Of a DNA stretch of 64,000 nt, positions 1 to 9,307 are shown in pieces. Origin of the DNA: Lobosporangium transversale (Eukaryota); NCBI RefSeq assembly GCF_002105155.1, contig NW_019029021.1, positions 248,001 through 312,000 of the forward strand. The letters are read 5' to 3'. The position numbers were made by a program, and so were the translations under genes. Under the pieces are notes generated by a model that saw only the letters and a program-made list of their open reading frames with translations, did not search any database and was not told the DNA's origin. Position 1 is the stretch's first letter, and every line of letters starts with the position of its first letter.

Positions 1-447
<447 letters not shown>

Positions 448-1710
448 TTAAATCGTTACAAGGATAACTGTGTGATGAAGGGAAACAATCCTTTGTTTTT
501 TATCTTTCTTTTCTTTCTTTCTTTCTTTTTTTTTTCCCTTGGAGTAAGAAGAAAAGAAAAATACAAGGCAAATGTGATAAGGAAGAGGATAGGGTGGAGA
601 AGAAAGTGAGCGTTTGCGAGGATAAGAAAAATAAAAACTCAATTAGGTCGCAAGCATATCTCTGATAAAAAGAGAAAAAAAAAATCAGTGGCTTGGTGTT
701 TATTCATTAGGATATCCATTGACTGATAACCTTAGATCCGCTGATCATTTTCTTTCCTTTTCTTTTTTTTGTTACTATTACATTTTACGGACGTAATGAA
801 TATGACTGAAGGCCTACAGATCTATAGAACAGCACGTATTCTTATTCATCTCTTTAAAAACAAAAAGTTGAAAAACAATTGAAGGATAAAAGATGGTTGG
901 GGAAGAATATCTGACTTCAAAGATACTATTCGTTGTACGTTACGCTTTTATTTTCAAAACCAGTCATTACACTACACTTTTATATTTTGTCTTCACAAGG
1001 TAAAGCACTATATTTCCTAGCGAGGCAAGAGCTCACCGTGGTGAAGCCACGGTCTCCGGTTCACAATGTCTATGTCTAGAAAATCGTACTAAAGTCCATT
1101 GAATGGACACGTGAGAAAAGACACAACTTTATGACTTTTTGTGACTGTTAACATGTTACATTACAACAGTGGTAAGTCAACTTTCCTCCTCCATTGGGCA
1201 GTTTAGTTTTAATAATGAAATCAGAGAATGATGAAAAACAAAACAAAGCCCTGACAAAGGTTATTTGTTACACGAACCAGATCCAGACTAGAAACCATTG
1301 TCGTAGCTAAGTCCATTATTATTTAGCTTTGTCGTAGGGTATGGGTATTAAAGCTCCAGATTGCCGTAAAATACATTCGTAGAGCTTATTCAAAGATAGG
1401 TTACGAAGCCTCTCTTAATCGGGTGGAAACTTCCCTCATTTAATTGACACTGTCATTTTCACCCAATTCATTCCGCTACTTCACCCTTGCTGCTGCGTCT
1501 TTGGACGTTTTTAAGGAGGCTCAAGTCTCTGATGATCCTGCATTCGACACCCAAGGGATTGAGGAATGACTATCCACAACTATTCACCGTGTTCCAACTC
1601 GAGTTACCAAAGAGGATATGGAAGTAGATGGTTACTATCATATCCCAGCATACTATTCCAATCAGCCCTCGGAATAAAACGCTAGCCACTCTAATATATG
1701 AAGGGCGGGT

Positions 1711-2250
1711 TTATAAAATTTTGTCACCAAGCCCAGTTATAGGGGCCTGAGACAGGTTCCCTTGCAACTTCTTTTTTGTAATGATGAGAGTCGTGCCACT
1801 AATCTTCTCTTCCCTGGAGTCTGTTCGAACATTTGAAATATGTGATTCCTACATATAAAAATAGATAAATGTATAAACCGTCAAGATCCATCATTTCCAT
1901 TGTTTATCCAATTGAGGGCGTTAACAGTGTAGACTCTTACCTTTTCCTTCACTTCCAAGTCATTTTCTGAGCACTCAGCTGTTCCTTGCTGCAAAACAGT
2001 GATCGATCAAATTCTGAGTGGACTTTGTTCTTGGCAATGGCAGCAACTTCATCCCGACCCATCATAGAAATTAGCCAAAGCCAGGGCAAAAAGCCGAATT
2101 CCTCTTGGGATTGGTTTTAATTTCGATAGACCCTTGATGGTAGAGATAAACGATTCTTCATTCCCTGCGGCCTCTAGAAATACCTTTGCTATTGCTGCCT
2201 AATAGATGTAAATTGAATGTGCCCACCAAAACTATGGATGTTTTACTTAC
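1711..2250 (-). pseudogene. Decayed intron-containing gene fragment, unknown product
   Basis: Two canonical-looking introns (GTAAGT 2250..TAG 2199; GTAAGA 1940..TAG 1849) flank a 258-nt exon-like segment (AAIAKVFLEAAGNEESFISTIKGL...) with two in-frame stops. Confidence 0.3.
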
Positions 2251-2280
2251 AAATTTGTAAAAGAAGAATTGATCTCCCAA

Positions 2281-3146
2281 TCATTGTTGCCTCAAGTGCT
2301 TAACTGTGCCAATGAGGGAAGTCCTCACAGCTCTCGCTACCGCCATCCTGAGCTTAAACTTCTCAGGGCGCTTTTAAGATGGCATTTGCGCGAGCCACAC
2401 CCCACCAATATTTCCGGCGCCAATCACGTCACGATCAAATACGCATCTATGGTAGTATTTTAACCTTAGTAGGGCTTGGAGCGGTTGGTACAGTAACAAA
2501 CGTACACTGAAGAAATACCTATGAATGCCATCTAGTAGTTCGCCATACTATTGCTGTTAGAGGCAAAGGCTTGAGCATACAATCAATCGGCTTTTGAAGC
2601 CTCGAATGGCAACCATTTTTAGATCTGTATAGAGATTCGGAACATACCTCTAGCGATAAAGGGTACACACATCACATCCATAGGGGTATTTATTCAAATT
2701 CATATCAAAGCATAGCTACAAGTTTATCTATGGGCATCATAAATAAAGCATCCATGGGAGGTGTTCTCTAGCAACTAGAACGTGTATATTAGGAATCTAG
2801 AACGTGTAGTAAACGTTCTTCGATATTTATAAGATATGTTTCTGCAAGATATTCAAGATGTTTTTTACGGTGCTCATACCGTAACACGAATTATCGTTAG
2901 TTTGTTTTAGTCACGTGGAGGGGATCGCCACCAACTATAACCAAGAAACTCTTTGGAGAACTGGCTGTTCTCAGTCAGGTAAAGAACCTCATCACTAGCA
3001 AAACATGGATCATTAAAGATTCCTTCTTTTGTACCAGAACCATTGGGGTACTGACTGTTCTCGTTCAGTCTGTATTGTTCTCTATTGTGTTTAAGAATAA
3101 TTTTGTCTTTCTGTAGCTGGAAGTGGCTGGCTTCACAAACCATCAA
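2281..3146 (-). pseudogene. Degenerate Fanzor/TnpB-like RuvC nuclease remnant, interrupted by an insertion
   Basis: Minus-strand motifs in the correct order: VIVGGDP (2941-2921, RuvC-I-like), G-I-H-R-Y-F (~2529-2512, eroded RuvC-II E-Y-x-T-S position), and F-DRDVIGAGNI (2436-2407) followed by VWLAQMPS*KRPEKF (RuvC-III plus the RP..F tail). Contains stops, a frameshift and an apparent internal deletion. Confidence 0.5.
2555..2886 (-). mobile_element. Solo-LTR-like insertion (332 bp)
   Basis: Terminal inverted TGTTA...TAACA. Minus strand has TATAAATA and AATAAATACCCC (LTR TATA-like). Internal direct repeat CTAGAACGTGTA x2. No matching TSD (attgc / cgaat). Confidence 0.45.
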
Positions 3147-3479
3147 AAGACCCTTTTATTGAGGTATTGAGAAATGAGGCATGAGTTCCAAATTGACAGC
3201 GCATTGATTTACGTATAGGAACATGTCCATTTCTTAGTTGCTCATTTTTTTAAAAAAAACGTTAATTCTTACACATGTGTGAATTCAGATCAACGATTGA
3301 TTAAAGATCAACAAAGATCAGATCGTGCAGAAGAGATTTGTAATGTCAGGAATGAATCAGGATGAAGGGCAAATGCAATGAGAGAAGCAACGAGGAAGTT
3401 CATTTTGCTTCTCATTCCTTCATTCCTAAAATTCATTAACATTTGAATTGCCAAGCTTTTCCTGGATCCTCAGCACTAC

Positions 3480-5640
3480 TCTACTCGCGGGCGGCCTGAT
3501 CCTTTGCCAGCCAGCTATCAGGATGGGAATGAAGTCTTTCCTCGAGAGACGTTCGAACGGTCCTGCGACAGATACTTGCTCTACCTGACGGTCAGTGAGT
3601 ACCATCGCCAGTACCTCGAGCAAGAACTAAACAAACTCCCTGAGGATCAAAAGACATGGGAGAAATGTGAGACGACTTTCCTTAAAATTGTCTTCACAGA
3701 ACAAGAACGTATGTCACAGTTCAAAAAACTTCTTGAAACTGGTCGCGGTGCACGCGAGACATACCATTAGTTCGCCATGCGTGTGGACCGAGACGTGCAT
3801 GCATATGGTGTCAGCGATGACAACGAGATGGCCATATCCCTCCTGACGGCCACAGTAAAGGCTTTCATGCATGACATCATGATCATGAGGTTACAAGTCC
3901 TCAAGCAAGAACCTGTGCTCGCCTTTAAGTCGATTTCCGTGTTCACGAGGATTCTGGGAGGGCTCACTGGTTCCCATATCCCACAAAAAACCGTCGGCAA
4001 TGACAATCCGTCACCTTATCGCCGTGCACGAGCGCCTGACTATGAAAGGTTTAATCCTAAGGGCAAAGCCCACAATGAAGAGGCCAAAACAAAGCTCCTC
4101 TATGACTGCTAACCATGTGGCAAAAGTTTCTCTCATAGCACGGAAGGACACAGACAATGTTCGAAGTGCAATACACGAGGACATCTGGCGTCCGAATGCA
4201 CCAGACACATCAATAGATCTGGTAAAAATAGTCTTAATTTAAATAATAGTCCTTCATTGAACAAGCAAACAGCCACTAATATTAATACACAGGCCCCAAC
4301 AAGCCCGCCTCGGCCAATCGTTAACCGAGTAGATCTTAGTTAGAAGAATATAATAATAAAAACGCAGGAACTTCAGTGTATCCCAAAAATATACTAGCTC
4401 TACCTCATCGTGCTCAAACATATCGAGACCCATTTCTCTTGAAACCACCATTGATGATTTTTGACACTTAGCCTAGAATCTCTAGAAACAATCGATCCTA
4501 GAACATTACTTTGGCATGATCAATGCGTCACTGCTACACTTGCATTCAAATTTACACCCGTATCTTATCATATAAAAGATTCATCTTTGTCCTTCTCGAA
4601 TGCTACTCCTAACGATGACATCCATACCTTGGCCAAACTCCATCTTTATCAAGGGAGGACTGACAGAAAGATCATAGTTTTTGTTCACTTCGAAGGGGAA
4701 AGTACGAAGCTTTGGTTGATACAGGCGCAAGTGTTACATGTGTCCGAAAAGACATTGTTCTTAAATACAACAAAGTTATCTCTCCTGTTTCAGGTGTTGT
4801 CACTCTAGCTGATAAAAGCTTAACAATCCCCCGTATAGGATTGGCCGAAAATGTAGAACTCGCGTATGGCAGTAGGAACGTGTCTGCGACATTAGAGGTG
4901 ATCAATCGATCATACCCCCCTTATCATCGGGGCAATGGTGTTGCTGAAAACCATGTCAAAATTCTATGTCAAATGATTAGAAAACAAAGGCGTGGATAGT
5001 CATGCTCCGTTTGTCCAACTAAGTACCAATACTCGAATAGTGAGTCTCCACAACTCCTCCCCTTTTTCTCTATTTTTTGCGCGCAAAACCAATGGCTTCA
5101 GCAACTATACCGATATGGATAGCAAACCAATGGGTCAAGAAGAGTTACTTGAAAGACTCAAATATATGACGGAAATGGTCTTCCCCGCGATTCGACGTAA
5201 GTTTAAGCGAGCTCAGCAAAAAAATGATAGAATGCTTTAATGCCACTATGCTTCTGAAAGAATTCCCTGATAGAGTTAAGATCATGACTCTCGATCCGAT
5301 CCGTGGTAATAAACTTACTCCGCGCTATGAGGGGCCCTACACTGTCGTGAACAAGAGTTCTCATGGCTCCTATATTCTTACAGGCACAATTCTGGCCAGA
5401 CATTGTGCTCCATCTCTATTGAAACTTGTACTTGATGGCTTTGAAGATACTGGCACATATGAAATGGATAAGGTTGTTGATTGATCATCGGCAGTGCCTC
5501 GTCTCCTCACGAGTATGAATACCTTACTTTGGTGGAGAACTTTTTTCAATTGTTACTAATATAGAAAGGCAATTCGCCTTTGCACGTGGCTTCGACCTCA
5601 ACGTATCTTAAACATGATCTTAAGGGGAGAGAGAAGAAAG
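3480..5640 (+). mobile_element. Internally deleted, decayed Ty3/Gypsy (chromovirus-like) LTR retrotransposon
   Basis: Gag-like ORF pieces at 3504-4350 with a CX2CX4HX4C knuckle (CSKCNTRGHLASEC). Aspartic protease LVDTGASVTCV (~4712). Integrase C-half (PYHRGNGVAE, SPFSLFFAR, GPY motif KLTPRYEGPYTV). Chromodomain-like start YEMDKVVD..EYEYL. Polypurine tract AAGGGGAGAGAGAAGAAAG at ~5622-5640. No RT/RNase H; many stops and frameshifts. Confidence 0.85.
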
Positions 5641-5781
5641 TGACTCGCATTATCGTATGTGTTAAGAATATCTATTTACATCGTAATTTCCGAAGGGCTT
5701 CGGAGGCCTTACCATTCGCCATCACATCTTTTCAATTGTCTTTCTCCTCCCTTTCCTTGTTTGTCTCATCACATCACAACC

Positions 5782-6862
5782 ATGGCTAAATCGGCTTTTT
5801 GGAACACGGTTCGCAAGGCTCTCACTGTGGTATACACTCGTACAACATTCATACTTTATTTGAACATCAGACTCTTCAGCCAACCAGCCTTGATGGAAGC
5901 AAGCATGGCATGTTGAATAACGCGACTTTCTCGGCTGTAACCTTTTTTTTTTGTTTTTTTGTTTTTTTCTTCTACGATATCAATAGAACCCCAAAGTTTC
6001 GACGGGTATGCCCGATCCAAAGGAATTCCGTTTTATCGCACCTGGGTAATAATAAGATCACTAGTGTTTTTTATTTTTTTTAGGACAAACAAAGGAGCAG
6101 CTGTCATTGGATCGTGGGATATATATCTGGATTAACATAGTCATCATACTGTTTCTTTATATTAATTGTCATAGTGGTCAGCCCCCAACCTTCGTTCCCA
6201 AGGATCCCTTGGCTAACGACATTGCACAGAATCCTTACTATGGGCGTGATGTCAGGAGAAACTATCCCCGTTTGGCGGTTTACTCCCAAGAGGAGGTTGC
6301 AGGATTGATTGCTGCAAAGGAAGCTTTGGCGTAAGTCATCATTTTCCTTTTTTTTTTTTGTAATTATTATTAGCTCTCACACATTTATGGGTGGCTTTAC
6401 AAATGCAAGGAAAGGAAAGACAATTATGATGCCTTCGGTCGTAAATCAGCTTCAATTAAAAGGAGAAACTTTCTATTCTATTGTCATCTTGATCTTTTTG
6501 GACGGGATCAATTTTCATTAGCATTGGATCTGGCGAGTCTGCTATCACCAAAGCTGCTGAGAATGTCTCCTTGACTGAGGTGATCAAGTCTGTAAAGTCG
6601 CCCCTGTACACACCAGACAACCTCCCACCCACTCCTGTTATTAAGAGTAGCAGGCATAAATGGGTCCTCTCTCCAGACCAGCCCCCTGTTGATCAAGGTA
6701 ATGATCATTTAAGACTGTGAGCTTGGAATTTGAATCAATTGATCATGCCTTTTTTTTTTTTTTTTTTTTTTTTTGCAGAGACTGATCTCATTGTATTTAC
6801 TTGCTGATTTGTCACTTGGATGAATAGGCACCTACTGGACCATGCGTAATATGAAAACTGCC

Positions 6863-6868
<6 letters not shown>
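5782..6868 (+). CDS. NADH:ubiquinone oxidoreductase accessory subunit, fungal 21.3 kDa/NUZM (NDUFA7-like)
   Basis: Exons 5782-5829, 5987-6045, 6175-6330, 6522-6697, 6828-6868 splice in frame: MAKSAFWNTVRKALTVNPKVSTGMPDPKEFRFIAPGGQPPTF...DIAQNPYYGRDVRRNYPRLAVYSQEEVAGLI. The NPY..RDVRR.YP motif is the family signature. Confidence 0.85.
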
Positions 6869-6899
<31 letters not shown>

Positions 6900-7424
6900 C
6901 CGGAAAGGAGAAAACCAAGTGAAACTCTTTACCATTGTCATGTCTCATCATCAACTATATCCGAGTTCCAAGAAACCAGCGACATCAACCATCATAAAAA
7001 AAAATTTTGCCCCCCCCCCCTAGACGATGTCCAGGCATACGATTAGATATAAATATATATATAAATATAAAAGTAAAGTGAAAAGAAAAGTAAAAGTAAA
7101 AGAAAAATATATAGTGGATAATAAAAGGTGTAGTGCAATCCAAAGGTTCCGAGAATGTGTGATTCTAATATTCTCGCCGACCAAGATATCATCGGGATTC
7201 ACATTCATAAATCTGCTATTTAATCTGGATTGGAGCTTTTGTTTTTATTATGATGCGACCTATCATGCGGTGACTGAACTGGTATAAAAAAAAAAAAAAA
7301 AAAAGAGTGAAGGAATGGACTATGAAATTACTTCTACAGTTCATTGCTAAATTCTTTTTTTTTTTTTTTTTTTTTTTTCCTTCAACCGAATTATCTTCTT
7401 GCTGCCCGCTGATATAGTTACATC

Positions 7425-8060
7425 ATGAGATACTATAGTATTATACATTTGCTGCTCTTCCTGATCTTGCCACTTATGACAGTTGTTGTGGCCTCTACCG
7501 CTGATGAAGTGACCACATCTCCTTCCATTAACAACGCCAACGATGTGTTGATCCCTTCAAGAACTGCTCTTCAATCTAGAACAAACGCCCCTCAGTCTCG
7601 ACAATTAGTTGTTCCATCGCCAATCCCTTTTTCGAGCGAACAAGGCTTATTTTCGCAGACTAGAACGGATGCGCCGTTGACGATGATTGAAGAAACTGAT
7701 AAAAGTATCAAGAAAACTTTTGATAGAGTGAGGCATGGTAAAATAATCAGACGGCAGAATGCGGCTCATATGACTGCAGGGGCTAGAGTTGGGAGCCAGG
7801 AAGCTGTGATGACAGACACTGTCATTCTACCAATTATCAACATCCGACCCCATGCAGCAGAAGCTCAAGGGGGGGGAAAGGCAGCGGTTTGTAACTGCCC
7901 GTTGGTGTCTTCCATTCCAAGGTTATCTCGCGCTCCGGCACGACTCTTGTTGGGACGGTCATACCAAGGTTGTGATACAATTGCAGCAGATAGCTGGTCA
8001 GGACACGACGATGATGAGGCTTGTAAAAAAGGACATAGCAGAGGCCGTCGCCCTCATTAA
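7425..8060 (+). CDS. Hypothetical secreted protein (211 aa)
   Basis: Intronless ORF with a hydrophobic signal-peptide-like N-terminus (MRYYSIIHLLLFLILPLMTVVVAS), non-homopolymer coding-like composition and a Cys-containing C-terminus. Confidence 0.45.
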   Translation: MRYYSIIHLLLFLILPLMTVVVASTADEVTTSPSINNANDVLIPSRTALQSRTNAPQSRQLVVPSPIPFSSEQGLFSQTRTDAPLTMIEETDKSIKKTFDRVRHGKIIRRQNAAHMTAGARVGSQEAVMTDTVILPIINIRPHAAEAQGGGKAAVCNCPLVSSIPRLSRAPARLLLGRSYQGCDTIAADSWSGHDDDEACKKGHSRGRRPH

Positions 8061-8875
8061 GAAAAAAAAAAAAAAAAAAAAAAAAGGACCCAAAGATAGT
8101 TTTTTTTTTTTTTTTTTTTTTTTTTTTCGATAGTATGAAACTTGCTTTTATTTTATATGACCAACAACACTTTTCCCTCTGAGACTATGATGGGCAAAGC
8201 ACATGAGACCTCACATCTTTTACTCTAGTACACTGCAATAAAAGCAAGGCCAAATAAAAGCTTTTTTCTATGGTCTTGGGCTTTGCAGCAGATCCTGCTT
8301 TAACGTTTTTTTTTTTTTTTTTTTTTTTTTTTTTGGCTTAATGAATATTTATGCAGAAAAGGTTGAAAATAAAATAAAAAGGATTGTGCCACAAACAGCA
8401 GGGTCACCATCGAACAAATTCCTCGATATAAATGTCGCCTCTTCTGTCTCTGAAAAATATCAGCCCTTTCGCTCCTGTTTAATATTTCCAATCGACAGTT
8501 TGAGAAACGCGTGAGCATGAGTGTACAAAGACTTTAAAGTTATAGGTCTGTGCTTTATTTTTATTTTATTTTTTTTTTCAGGTACAGAAAGGGGGACTTA
8601 ACTAAGCCCATTCAAACTTGGACTACAGCATCCATGGCACTGTTGAGTGGTGGTGATCGCATCTGTTTGACATGCACGTTTTACTTGCCCAAACATCGGA
8701 ATATTTCCTCTGTGGATTAGTCAAGCGATTGGCAGATGGTTGAGACAGGCACATTAAACGTTTTAAATTTATTTAGTCCTACTTGGGGATCTTACACCTT
8801 AATCTGATTTTTTTTTTTTTTACTTCTTTCACTTCTACTGCTGTGCTTGTTCTCGTTACCATTGTCATTGTAGTT

Positions 8876-9307
8876 ATGCGAGAGAAAGGAAAAAGTAGAG
8901 ACAAGGCACAGTCGGGGTTTGTAAGATCTCCTTTATACTGTTATATTTTGCCTTGTTAAATTTTCATTGATGAAATGGATGGCACTCTTGCGCAACCAAA
9001 GGAGTGAAAACTGGAAGCTTATCATCAAGGATTTGTTTCTGTACTAGCACTAAGCGAGAGTTCTGCAGCTACGGAACGCGTGTGGGGCGGAGTATCATCC
9101 GCTTTCGTACCCTCAGTGGTGCCTAGCTCTGGGCTGGTCACTTCAGACGATGAGTCAGACACAGCCATCTCAGACACCTTAGACACATCAGACACGGAAG
9201 CTATGGAAGCACCCTCTGCCTCTAGAACCAACTGGAAATCAGGCCTCAAGATGCTACAGAATGCCGAGATTGTTTCTGATGGATCGTCCTCAAGTTTTGA
9301 GAGGTGA
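8876..9307 (+). CDS. Possible small Ser/Asp/Thr-rich hypothetical protein or gene remnant
   Basis: ATG at 8876, GTAAG donor at ~8921, and an open frame 9029-9307 with repeated SDT motifs (TCAGACAC-like units). Support is weak. Confidence 0.2.

Noticed and set aside
1146..1185. CAACA-GTGGTA resembling an LTR end plus primer-binding site
   Set aside because: Only TGGTA matches; there is no extended tRNA complementarity and no partner LTR.
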